From NCBI GenBank assembly GCA_049999805.1, contig JBNGIO010006289.1:102180-141199 (forward strand): DNA of 39,020 bases. The letters are read 5' to 3'. This document shows, piece after piece, positions 12,093 to 23,958 of the stretch (positions within the stretch are counted from its first letter, which is position 1; each line of letters starts with the position of its first letter). Made by a program: the position numbers and the translations under genes. The notes below the pieces were generated by a model, which saw nothing but the letters and a program-made list of their open reading frames with translations, had not been told where the DNA came from and searched no databases. The DNA comes from Folioceros fuciformis. Lineage: Eukaryota.

Positions 12093-12570
12093 CCAATTCT
12101 GAGCACAACTTACATATTCAACAAACTCCTTTTCCGGGTCCATGTCCATCTTTATAAAAGAAAAAAAATTAAAGTTTATAAAAGTTTTGCATTGGATTTT
12201 TTTTATGTGATATGCTTGGAGTACATCATATTATGTGTTTTGTGGGCGGTGAGTAAGAATCTTAAAAAAAAAGATATGAATATTGATATTTATATAAAAT
12301 TTTAAAATCATGTTAAATATTGATGTTTTATAGACAATGCGGTAATTAGTAAGCTTGGGCATGCTCATGCTCAAGAACCATGGATTATGTTATCCTTTTG
12401 GATGAAAGGTCATGCACCTCTTTGTAAGAGGTGTGGATGGTAGGATAGAACAAATGTCGTGTATGCTTGAATAAGGAAGGGCCTTAAACACATATGCAAA
12501 GTTTGAATGAAATTCAAAGTCATGCTGAATATTGCTGTTTTACACACGCCAACCATATAGGTAGAATGCT

Positions 12571-12694
12571 TCAAGGTATGATTTTAGATTGAAGACCATG
12601 TACTTGCCTCAACGCATGATTTTGGATTGAAGGCCATGTACGTAACTCAAGGCATGATTTTAGATTGAAGGTCATGTACTTGACCCAAGGCATG
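12571..12694. repeat. 38-bp tandem repeat (~3.3 copies) in the AT-rich intergenic region
   Basis: Units tcaa(g/c)g(t/c)atgatttt(a/g)gattgaag..catgtac.. start at 12571, 12609, 12647 and 12685. Confidence 0.85.
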
Positions 12695-15281
12695 TGGCCC
12701 TCGCATTAATGCATTTGAATTAGGCAATGATGTTGGCCTATACAAATTTTCAAGTTAACACCATAAGCCTATTATCAAGGGAGTTAGTCCATTCAAGATA
12801 TGTGTTGCAAGACAACTGCAAGTATAAGTAGAAGTTAGCTAGAATGTCATTGAAGAGTATGGAATGCATGAAGTTTAATTGTATCAAAGTTAAATAGAGT
12901 TGCAAAGATGCAACCAAACAATCTTGAAGAATGCATGTCATAAAACTAAACGAATTGAAACTAATGTAGTATGAAGCTAGAAAATACAACAACAAGGATC
13001 ATGAAATTCTTGCGTTTGAAATAAATGAGGTCTTTGCTCGGTTTTTCGGGTTTCGTGTAAAATCCTAACTTTTTTTTTTGCTTGATTCAGTATTTTTTTT
13101 TTTAAAGACAAATTTGGAGGTGTTCGCCAATGATTACCTTGGGTTCTCGTAAAAGTGTTTAAGTGTCATACCAAAGGTATAGGGCTGCCATAATTCCAAA
13201 TCGTGTGCATATCAATAGATGAGTAAACTTGTCAAAATGATTTATTCTTGGTATATTTACATTTCCTTGAAAAGCTATGGAATTATTCTTTTGTATCCCA
13301 TTGGATGGGTAGAGTGCATAAGTGCGCATCATATGGAATGTAGTGCCTCTTCCTTCACCTCATTTCTCTCCATCCTTTCCTCTTGTCTTCTAAATTAGAT
13401 TATGGAGGCATTTAAGATGTTGTAGCCACCTTAAATGCCTCTAGAAAGGGGTGATTAAGGGGCTAAGGATTTGAATCCGGTTTCATTATCGTTTTACCTT
13501 CCCCACATTTAGGTTCCTTTAAATCAATGGATTGCTATGTAGAGCTGCAAGTTGGATACCAAGTGGTATTTGCAAGTCCACGTTAAGAACCAATTGTCGC
13601 GTTTGCACTAGGAGGCACAATTTCTTGCTTTGAGCGTGCCCGTGCTCAAAAGTGTTCACCATGGCCCGATTGGCGCTCATAAGTGTGCACCATGACGCAT
13701 TGACGCGCACTTGTGCATGTGATGACCGAGATGGCGAGCACTTGTGTGCGATGATCAAGCTGGAGCGTACAAGTGCGCACCATAAATTGGCTAACACACA
13801 TTTCAAGCATGTAATGGTAAAAAAATCCTAAAATACGACAACTTAATGATTTGGCAAATTAAATGGTTTATATGAAATGGTTTGGAGGAAGATGAAAAGG
13901 GAAAATAAGTGGTAAAGAAGTTGTAATGATTGTAATGATATGCCGTGATATACGATAATATACGATAATTATTCAGGTTTTATTAGTTAATGATTATTCA
14001 CACCACATATCCTGTACCTTATTGTGCATACATTTATTACTACACATTGATGTTAAAAATCTACAAATCATCAAAGTACTTTTTTCCTTTTTGTCTTTGA
14101 CAACTGCATTCATAGTTCTCAGAGCTATAGCTTGGGTTTGCAAATCTACAACCAAGTCATGTGATCTTGCACATGCATACCTTAATGAGATTCTAATGAG
14201 AGTGAAAATACAAGCTTATAGTTGTAGCGATCTTGAGCTAGGTTTTTATGCCTATTACATGAGGCTCGTTAGAAGTAGGTCCACACACCTAGCTTTGTAT
14301 GTACTTCATATTCTATTTTTTTAATGATGATCTTAACTAACTATTGTATTATTTACAACTAATTCTAGTTATTACCATAAATTATTTATTTATTAACTAG
14401 TTTTTGCATGCACCTATCTAATAACATACGATCATGCTTAACAAAGCATGCTAGGTCGGCAGTTGAAAAGTGCTAAACATAAACGTAAACGGCCAAGCTG
14501 CAGATTGAGAGCCAAGAAGAAGGAGGCTTGGGAGGCAATAATGAGCTAGAAGATCTTTATCTGCAAGAAGATAGTAAGGTGTAGAGGTAAGACCAATTTG
14601 CAGTTAGCCACTTCAAAAAGGTGGGTGTGGTTAAGGACACTAGATAGGTGAAAGAAGCCTAAGCCAAAGTTCAAAATAAAAGGTGGTAAATTCAAAGAGA
14701 AAAATAGATAAGGACATAAAACAATTACAAAAGATGTGGGAGCAGCAAAAGGAGGCTTGTACTCTATCCACCTTGAGCTAAGAAAAAGAAAGGAAATCTT
14801 GGCCCCAAATTTTAGTACCAAATAATAGTAATCAAATAACTAAATTGCATGGGTTTGTGTATTAACCCTTTTACAAGTTCATAACATTGGTAAATTATGA
14901 TAGTTAACAGAATAACCAAATTGAATGTATAGAAATCATAGTTATTTTGGAATATCAATGTAAAACATATTCATGCTAATTATACAAAGCTCGACATAAA
15001 GCACCAAATCCCACCAAGTTGAGGCACTTGGTGACATGGGTTTAGGGTTTGCAAGTCAAAAGGTGTCCAAAGCAACCCTTCAATAAACCTAACAAGAACA
15101 TAGAGGCTTGGAATTTTTTTTGTTCCAAGGTTGAGGAATAGAACCATTCCTTGGAGTACCATCGACTTTTCCACTAATTGATAAAAACAATGTAGAAAAC
15201 AATTGTTGCCAGAATACGCGGCAAAACCTTTAATGAGAAGACAGTCATAAGAAACTGCAACTTCAATAACGATAATAATTA

Positions 15282-15431
15282 CTCCCAGAGCTGGGACCAT
15301 CGCTTTGAGCTCCCAGAGCTGGGACCATNNNNNNNNNNCTCCCAGAGCTGGGACCATCGCTTTGAGCTCCCAGAGCTGGGACCATCGCTTTGAGCTCCCA
15401 GAGCTGGGACCATCGCTTTGAGCTCCCAGAC
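15282..15431. repeat. 28-bp perfect tandem repeat (ctcccagagctgggaccatcgctttgag) spanning an assembly gap
   Basis: Identical units lie back to back on both sides of the N-run at 15329-15338. Each contains the hairpin tccca-gagc-tggga. Confidence 0.93.
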
Positions 15432-15719
15432 CTGGAATCTGAGATCACCCTTACACACCCCGCGGGGTTTTTTGAGCTCCTAGACTAAACACTCTGGGAA
15501 AGATCTTTAGTTCTAAAAGTTACTTTGGAGGTTGCAGCTGCCAGCCGACCTAACGCAACCTAGTCAACAAAAGAACTCATGATAGCTGACTTGCCCTTCG
15601 TTCTCGTACTTTCAAGGAAGTCGAGGGGAGCACGAATTACCAACCGACCTAAAGGCATACATAAATGAATGGCAATGAACAAAATCCAATGGCATCAACG
15701 TGCTCAGATGACGAGCACG

Positions 15720-18700
15720 TCAATGAAATGCCGCTGTTTCCGCTTTGAACTCCTCCAGCAGTTCGGACAGGTTCTTCATACCATGCACCCTGTTATCGCG
15801 GGTGCGAACATTGACCTACAACACACAACGATGTTGGCTTGTTGTACGACTAACAATGAATTTCTAACGGAGAAGCTGGAGGCACAACTGACCTGCTCAG
15901 TGCTTTCTTCCTTTTCACCGACCACCAGAATGTAGTTAAATTGGGCTAGCTGCGCTTCCCGCACCTGGTTTTACAGACACAGTAGTAGAGACTGTCAACC
16001 GAGTGTGCAATTGGACTAACCATATCCAACCGGCAGCAAACTGCTCACAATCCACCACCTCACCAGACCAAGCAAGAATTACCTTCTTATCAATTTTCCG
16101 GTCTGAGATGTCCACTTCGACATAAAAGCCTGCTTCGTGGATGTGGTCACGGACCTGAATTTCCACACCAAGGAAGTCAGCGCCTTGACACGATGCACTC
16201 GAAAGTAGCTTCACAGTAGTCGCAGGAAATGAGACCCGTGCTTACTCTCTTTGCGTACTCCACGAACTTCCCTGATATAGAGCACACAATGGCCTGACGA
16301 GGGCTGAGCCAGAAAGGCCACTTGCCAGCATAGTTCTCAAGCAGAATTGCAAGCATTCGTTCCACAGATCCAAGAATTGCCCTGTGGATCATGACAGGCC
16401 TTTCCTTTCTGGACTCGTCATCTGTGCAGTAGGTCAAGTTGAATCGCATAGGCAGTTGAAAGTCTAGCTGCACGTGCAAAACACCAGATATCTTATCAGA
16501 CGCCCGACTATCTCAATATGGACCCTCAAATTAATCTCTGCGATTAGATACCTGAATCGTCGCACACTGAAATTTCCTTTTCAGCGCATCAAGCACTGTG
16601 ATATCGATCTTCGGCCCATAGAAAGCACCATCGCCCTCATTCCTCTGCAAAAGACAGATGCGGTTAATTGCCCAGCAGGATGACAAGGATGACAAGATTG
16701 GCACGCTCAGACCTACGCCAAAGCGCATACCTCCCATGGCCTTTTCAAACCGTCGAGTGCATCCGCCAGAGCCTTTTCTGCCCGCTCCCATACTGCAAGC
16801 TCTCCAAGGTATTTCTCGGGTCTCTGTCCACCAGCTTTTATGGTTACTGAATGTACTTGCTTATAGATCAATGGTTGAACTAGAAATCAAATTGCACATA
16901 CCGTTGACAGTTCAAGTTCGAATGTGAAGCCAAAAATGTCGTAGGAATATTGCAGGAAGTCCAAAACTCCCTTCACTTCGTCAAGTACCTGGGACTCCAT
17001 GCAGAAGATATGTGCATCGTCCTGTTTTCCCCGCAACCAAGACACAAAGTTCAGCCTGCAGTGGACACCAAGCCTATTTTTCAACATGAAGCATGATTTC
17101 CTGATACGACATTAAACTGTTCCCTGTCTCCTAACCTGCTGAAACCGCCTAACTCTCGTTAGACCTGTAAGCGCACCACTCTTCTCATTGCGATGGAGCA
17201 CTCCAAAGTCGGCTAGACGAAGTGGCAACTCTGCACAGGAAGGTACCAGCAAAATAAAACACTTCTGGTAGGTAACAAAGGTCTGACCATTCTGGATATT
17301 CCTTGAGAGACTTCTCGCATTACCTCTGTAAGATCGTACTCTATTGTCAAACATGAGGCAATGACCTGGGCAGTTCATCGGTTTAAACCCATATTCTTGC
17401 TTTTCAACCTATTAACCAAAGGACACGGTAAAACATACCTGATTAGTGTCTTCAAGTGAACTGAAAAACACGAACCCTCAACTCAAAGAAAACAAAAAGA
17501 CTTTGGCATACCTCACAGAGAAACATGTTCTCCTTATAGTTGGCAGCATGCCCAGATGTTTCAAAGAGCTTCATATTAAACATGTTTGGAGATATAACCT
17601 GTAACATGATCATTGCATCCATTATGGTCTGCTTCTCGGTCACATAACTCAGCATATCCACATCCAAATTCAAGCTAAGGGATCAACCTCCTCATATCCA
17701 CGCTTCCGGTACTCTGTGCGTATAAACTCCACGAGCTTATTGTATATCCTCGTTCCATGAGGCAAGAAGAAAGGACTCCCCGGGCTGCGATAGTTTCCAA
17801 ACAAAATGCAGGAGAAAATTAAACATGACTTCCATGCATGACCTACTCAGTAGAATTAGCAATGTCAGTTTATTCCGGTGCGATAACATGACAAACGGAT
17901 GTGTACCTTAGTTCATGGAAGTGGAACAGTTCCTGCTTCACGCCGAGGATTCTGTGATCCCGTTTCTTCGCCTCTTCGATTGCCTCAAGGTATTCCTGCA
18001 ATACCATCGGACAGATGATTGTAAGGACTCACCATAAAGTCTGGTTATGCAGTGAGCATTGCATTTGAGAAATGACCTTGAGCTTCTTCTGATCAGGATA
18101 TGAGATCCCATAAACGCGTTGCAGCGTCTCTCGGTCAGCTCTACCTCTCCAGTACGATGCAGATGCCTGTGCACAGGTGCAGTGGAATTATGGAGATTAT
18201 GACCAGTGGAATTACGCAGCATATGAGGCAGTTGCTAGACGCTTGCTACCACAAGCAGACAGAAAGAAACATATACTTTTGTAAGGGCAAAAGCCTTTGC
18301 AAATCCCGTGGTGGGCACATGAGGCCCTCGGCAAAGGTCAACCAAAGGCCCACACCTATACACCGTGATGGTCTTATCCTCTGGCAATTCTTGAATGATT
18401 TCAACCTGAAAGATTAAAACACTGACTTAGATTCCGCCAAGTCTCAGATTCCACAATTTTAGGATCAACATGATACAAAGAAACTTGGCAGCCAGCAGGA
18501 CTTACCTTGAAGGGGTTATCAGAAAAAATGTCAAGCGCTTGTTGTCTTGTCACTTCTATGCGCTCGAAAGGTTGCTTTTCCTGCGACATTTATGTATGAC
18601 ACTCTACTGAGTCTTTTGAGATGATATCCACGACAAGGAAACTCACGATAGGTTGCACAGCTCCAGGAGAGCTGAGCGTGCTGGAATAGCATTCACCATC

Positions 18701-20046
18701 CTCAAACACTGACCTGAACAGCTTTGTCTGCTTGGGACTTGATCTCCTCAAAGTGCTCCTCGTTTAGCGTGACGTCCCCATAGAAGGCATCATAGTAGAA
18801 ACCCTACAAAAGCAACAAAATCACAACCAAATGGCATTGAAATACATCATAATGTAAGCTTAGGTGAGATACGTCATACTACAAGCTTAGGTGAGATACG
18901 TCATACTACAAGCTTAGGAGCGTAAGCCGTTTAGTACAGACGGAAACCCAACCTCAGTTCTCGTTGTACAGGGTCCAATACATAATTTGCAGTCATACAC
19001 AGTCTCCAGTGCCTGCAAAAACACAACTATGTGTACATCAGGATCTCCCACAATACCGATGCAGAAAAAGAAAGCAACAGACTGCGAAAAGATAGGAAAG
19101 ACCACACAGGCATTATACAGCAAACGACCTGCCCAAGGATGTGAGCACTGGAATGCCAAAACGTGTCTCGCCCTTCTTTGTCCTCGAAAGTAAATATTTT
19201 AAGCTGACAATCTCCCTCCAAGGGTCTGCCCAGGTCCCAAAGGACACCATCAACCTGGCGCAGCACATGTCAGAACTTGTCAACCAAATGGCTTCGCATT
19301 ATTTCTCGCAGAAAAAAGAGCCAGCGAGTAAAATGACAACGGTGTTCCAGTAGCAGAGAACTGATTAAACCTCCGAAATGAGAGCAGCTGTAGCCAGCTG
19401 TTTGGAAATCTGCTTGGCAATGTCGAGGGGCGAAGTGCGCCACTTAATCCCATCTCTCACGGAACCATCAGGAAGTGTGATTCTACAAGGCGGCACATTC
19501 CCTACAAGCTGTCAGGAGCCAATCCAGAGACCTACAAGATAACACACAGCACAAAAAGAGAAGCACGTACTTGATCGCGTCCCCCGCAATTTCATTCAAC
19601 CGTTCCTGACCAATACGCTGGATCTCCTCAAATTTGGAGATCCTCTTCTTTTGAATTTCGCTCAACTGTCCTGCTGGTTCACCAGGTCCTTTGCCCGACT
19701 TGGAGACCCTCTTCTTTCTAGTCTTGCTCACATCCGGTCCTGCTGCTGTCCCAAGTCCTTCGCCGCAGGTCCCGGAGATCGGGACTTGTGATTGAAGGAG
19801 GTTTTGTTCTGCTACTTCACCGGACTTGGAGATGTTTCCAATCTTATCTCCCATTGGGAACCCTCCTGCTTTCTCAGGTCCTTCGCCAGACTTAGAGATC
19901 TTCTTTCCAATCTCCTTCACGGCTACGGAACCTGAGAAAGCATCTGCTTTATCAACAGTGACGGGCCCAGCAGCTCCGTTCGCCCTTGGAGACACAATTG
20001 AAGCAATTTCGTCGGGCGCCGAATGGGCAGCTCCATTGGCCGCCAT
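15720..20046 (-). CDS. ThrRS: Threonyl-tRNA synthetase (eukaryotic cytosolic type), multi-exon
   Basis: Spliced exons give TGS ([17 protein letters not shown]), [91 protein letters not shown] and the anticodon domain ending AETAAFH* (stop 15720-15722). The start is taken as the first in-frame ATG at 20046. An upstream exon is possible. Confidence 0.96.
18856..18918. repeat. 27-bp tandem duplication within a ThrRS intron
   Basis: aagcttaggtgagatacgtcatactac occurs at 18856 and 18883, with a partial copy at 18910. Confidence 0.85.
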
Positions 20047-20167
20047 GGGAGGCACAATTGGATCAGCTCCGTTCGACGAGCCAGGCACACGCAGCTGAAA
20101 GATGCCTTGTAAGATGATTAGGGTGCCTCCGTTTGCAGCCAAAATCTTGTGAAAAGCTAGCTCTCGA

Positions 20168-20310
20168 TGAGGACCAGTGACAAGTATAAAAGGCACTACT
20201 GTAGGACCGGAAGGCCAGTGACAAGTATAAAAGGTACTACTGGAGGACCGGCGGACCAGTCACAAGTATGAAAGGCAATACTGGAGGGCCGGAGGACCAG
20301 TCACAAGAAT
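20168..20310 (+). repeat. 41-bp tandem repeat (~3.4 copies) with TATA-box-like cores, between the divergent ThrRS and PPR genes
   Basis: The anchor ccagt(g/c)acaag occurs at 20174, 20215, 20256 and 20297. Units 1-2 contain TATAAAAG and unit 3 has TATGAAAG. Confidence 0.88.
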
Positions 20311-20526
20311 AGAAGTATGTACTGATCCGCAAAAATAGAAGGCTATCCAAAAATGAGTGAGGAGGACCATTTCGCAGATTACCCAAAGGGGGCCGCGACT
20401 CACAGGCAGTACCATTCATTCCACTTTGTCTACCTGCACTCGAAACTTGGATTTTAGACAAGTTCACCCTGCATGCGAAGTGGCCTTCAGATAGGTTCAG
20501 TGGCTGAAAATCGGGGATGAACCGTA

Positions 20527-23295
20527 ATGCCAGACAGTCGAATTTTGTACCATCCCAAGCGCTCAAGCAGCCTGGTCCGAATGACAACTCCGTATTCTAT
20601 GGATCCCACCCCTACAGTTGCCCGTCACCCAACAGGTACGTATTGTCTAATGCCAGCACAAGGCAGCAAACGCTCTTGTGGAAAGATTTTTGGTTCACAT
20701 CCAACACATTGCCAGGACCTTAGGCAAGGAAAGACAGCTTCGCTGCATCTTGACTTCAGGCACAAGAGGTCTGAGCAGGGACTATGGCTTGACCACAGGC
20801 CTGCTTGGGTTGATTCCGATCTGCCCGTGTGGAATTGGCAGCTTCAAATTGGGGATAAGGGGACCAGAAAGGTTGAAGAGTTGCGCCGAGTGTGCAAGGA
20901 GGGGCCAGTAGCTGAGGCTGTGGCAGCGTTGGATATCCTGTTGGAGCAAGAATGTTCTGTGGGCGTCTCCCTCTTTTATCTCGTGCTCAAGAGATGCATT
21001 GCACATAGTAATCTCATTCTTGGAAGACGAGTACATGATCTTATTGTGAAAGGCGGGTGCGAAGGAAATGGCTTTTTGTCCAACCATATTGTTCGGATGT
21101 ATTCGTCGCATGGAAGGCTGCAGGAAGCAGTGCAGGTGTTCAGGAAAGTAACTTCGCCCCAGATTTTTATCTGGTGTTCGATCATATCAGCACATGCTGC
21201 GCATGGACAGCCTGCGCAGGCCGTGCACCTATATCGACAGATGCGGCAATCGAGTGTCAAGCCAAACAGCTATGTCTTTGTGGCTGTTCTCAAGGCCTGC
21301 GGTATCGCAATGGACTTGGAGTCTGGGAAGGAGGTTCATACGGATATTCTGAGGAGTGGAGTTGAGGCGATTGATGTGTTTGTTGGCTGCAGCCTGGTTG
21401 ACATGTATGCAAAATGCGGGAGCTTAGAGGATGCTCGGAGAGTGTTTGACTCTTTGTGCACAAAAAATGTCGTCACGTGGACTGCTATGATAGCAGGATA
21501 CTCTCAGCATGGCTTCTGCGAGGAAGCCCTTGACCTGTATGCCCGTATGGAACAGGGAGGTATGGCTCCTGCCGACCATGTTACATTCTTGTGCTTACTG
21601 AAAGCTTGTGCCAGCACAGGGTCTTTGCAGCAGGGGAAGCATCTGCATGCACAGATTCAGGAAAGAGGTCTGGAAATCATCATGGTTGTTGCCAACTGCC
21701 TGGTGGACATGTACGCCAAATGTGGAAGCTTAGCGGATGCTCGCAGAGCATTTGACATGTTGCCGAAGAGGGATGTGGTGACTTGGAACACGATGATCGC
21801 AGGATATGCACAACAGGGATTCGGTCAAGAAGCATTAACCCTCTACGCCTGCCTGGAAAAGGAGTTGACAACTGTAGCCGATCAGGTTACATTCATCTGC
21901 GTCCTACAAGCATGTGGAAGCCTTGGGGCTTTCCATCAGGGTAAGCGTATTCATTCACAAATTCGAGACAGGGGACTTGAAAAACATCTCGTAGTTGGGA
22001 ATGCACTCATTGACATGTATGCAAAATGTGGAAGCCCAGAGGATGCTCAACAGGTGTTTGAGAGTCTGCCAACCAGGGATGTGGTGACATGGACAGCCAT
22101 GCTTTCAGCATATGCTCATGAAGGGCTCGCTCAAAGGGCCCTGAATCTGTATGCTGAAATGCAGCGGGAGGGGATAAGTCCAGTCAATCACATCACATTT
22201 GTTTGCCTCCTGCAAGCCTGTGCCAGTGTCGGAGCTTTCAATCAGGGTAAGCAGCTACATGCACAGATTCAGGATAAAGGACTTGAAGGCAATGTGGTTG
22301 TCGCTAACGCCCTGGTGGACATGTATGTCAAATGTGGGAGCTTAGAAGAGGCCCGGAATGTGTTCATCCGACAGCCCACAAAAGACGTGGTAACATGGAC
22401 TGCTTTGCTCAATGGATATGCCCAGCACACTAATGCCTGGATGGCAATGCAGTGCTTTGAGCGGATGCTTCTGCAAGGTGTGACACCCAATGGCGCTACT
22501 TTCATTTCTCTTCTTGTCGCATGCAGTCATGAAGGCCTGGTGAAGGAAGGCGTGAAATATTTCAGGACGATGGAGGAGCATGGTGTTGTTCCCACTGATC
22601 GTCATTACAATTGCATGGTTGATCTCTTCGCAAGGTCAGGCCACCTAGAAGAGGCAGAAAGTTTGCTGCAAATTATGCCATTCAAGAATTCTCTTGTGGG
22701 ATGGACATCTTTACTGAGTGCAGTAAAGAACCATGGAGATGTGGAGCGCGGCGAGCGATGCTTTGACGTCCTTGTCACCCTAGAACCGGAAAGTGCGTCG
22801 GCGTATGCCATGATGGCCAATCTTTATGCAAATGCTGGCAGGTGGAGAGATGTAGGTAGAATAGAAGCCTTGAGAAAGTGTGCAGGTGCTTGGAAGAAGC
22901 CTGCAAAGGCGTGCATCGAAGTGGAGAGTAAGGTGCACGAGTTCACAGTAGGAGAAAGCAGTGGTGATATCTCAGAAAAGTTGAGAATCATGAATTCACA
23001 GCTGAGGAATGGGGGCCATGTCCCACAAACGGAGCTGGTACTAAAACGTTTGTCTGAGACAGAAAAGGAAGATGCACTGTGTGGGCATGCCGAGAAACTT
23101 GCATTGGCCTATGGTCTTCTGAATACATCAGATGGTACAACTCTTATAGTTACGAAGAATCTTCGAATGTGCAGTGACTGTCACAGCAGCACTAAAGTTA
23201 TGTCACGTCTCGAGAAGCGGGAAATCATAGTTAGAGACGCACACCGCGTGCACCGTTTCCAGGATGGAATTTGCTCTTGCGGTGATCGTCATTGA
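20527..23295 (+). CDS. PLS-class PPR protein with E1/E2 and a DYW:KP-type deaminase domain ending in DRH (organellar RNA-editing factor), single exon, 922 aa
   Basis: 17 PPR motifs (L-S-(P-L-S)4-P2-L2-S2) are followed by E1/E2. The C-terminal domain has KKPAKACIEV, HAEKLA, KNLRMCSDCH, RDAHRVHRFQDGICSCG and terminal DRH*. The exact start ATG is uncertain. Confidence 0.96.
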   Translation: MPDSRILYHPKRSSSLVRMTTPYSMDPTPTVARHPTGTYCLMPAQGSKRSCGKIFGSHPTHCQDLRQGKTASLHLDFRHKRSEQGLWLDHRPAWVDSDLPVWNWQLQIGDKGTRKVEELRRVCKEGPVAEAVAALDILLEQECSVGVSLFYLVLKRCIAHSNLILGRRVHDLIVKGGCEGNGFLSNHIVRMYSSHGRLQEAVQVFRKVTSPQIFIWCSIISAHAAHGQPAQAVHLYRQMRQSSVKPNSYVFVAVLKACGIAMDLESGKEVHTDILRSGVEAIDVFVGCSLVDMYAKCGSLEDARRVFDSLCTKNVVTWTAMIAGYSQHGFCEEALDLYARMEQGGMAPADHVTFLCLLKACASTGSLQQGKHLHAQIQERGLEIIMVVANCLVDMYAKCGSLADARRAFDMLPKRDVVTWNTMIAGYAQQGFGQEALTLYACLEKELTTVADQVTFICVLQACGSLGAFHQGKRIHSQIRDRGLEKHLVVGNALIDMYAKCGSPEDAQQVFESLPTRDVVTWTAMLSAYAHEGLAQRALNLYAEMQREGISPVNHITFVCLLQACASVGAFNQGKQLHAQIQDKGLEGNVVVANALVDMYVKCGSLEEARNVFIRQPTKDVVTWTALLNGYAQHTNAWMAMQCFERMLLQGVTPNGATFISLLVACSHEGLVKEGVKYFRTMEEHGVVPTDRHYNCMVDLFARSGHLEEAESLLQIMPFKNSLVGWTSLLSAVKNHGDVERGERCFDVLVTLEPESASAYAMMANLYANAGRWRDVGRIEALRKCAGAWKKPAKACIEVESKVHEFTVGESSGDISEKLRIMNSQLRNGGHVPQTELVLKRLSETEKEDALCGHAEKLALAYGLLNTSDGTTLIVTKNLRMCSDCHSSTKVMSRLEKREIIVRDAHRVHRFQDGICSCGDRH

Positions 23296-23958
23296 CGCCT
23301 GCCGACTGTGTCCGAGACTTCGTCAAAAGCAGGCTCAAGTCACAGCTTTAGTTTCACTCACTCTGAGGCCCAACGGCAATCCCGCCTAAAAGGTTGTCTG
23401 GCCCTCGTGTAACCGCTGGTAGTCTCAAACGGGCGTGATGAACCATCTCTGATCGAAAAGTCGCGCTTTAATCAGGCGAGCGATCGCACTAGTGTGCCGA
23501 CTGGGTAAAGCTGAATGTCGAAGGACGGCATCAGCTCTCTGTGTACATTCAGCAAATTACAAGCGAGGAGTGCTGCATTGTAAATTTCGCAAAACAACAG
23601 GTGTAGCATCGACAACGCACGACGCATCCATCAAACAGATTCGGGAGAGGGAAAGGAATGAACAAGTGGGTGGTCCTGTGGGATCCTCAATTTCAGAGAA
23701 ACTCAACATATCAACACTGCCGTAACTACAAAATCATGTATCCCTCAGTCACTCACTCGGAGTTTCACAAATGGCCGGGATCCTGGAGTACATATTTTAA
23801 TCCCTCCCGTCGGGCCAGAACTGGAACCCGAATCGTAATGAGTTGTTACTTCCTACACTAAGGACGACCAAACAATTACCACCACTCCCCGATGCGTCGC
23901 ACGTAAGGTAGCTTTAGCGATGGCCCATCTTTCATGAACCTGCAACGGGAACAAGATG

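Noticed and set aside
15282-15431. CRISPR-like 28-bp palindromic repeats
   Set aside because: The units are contiguous with no spacers, there are no cas genes, and the context is eukaryotic.
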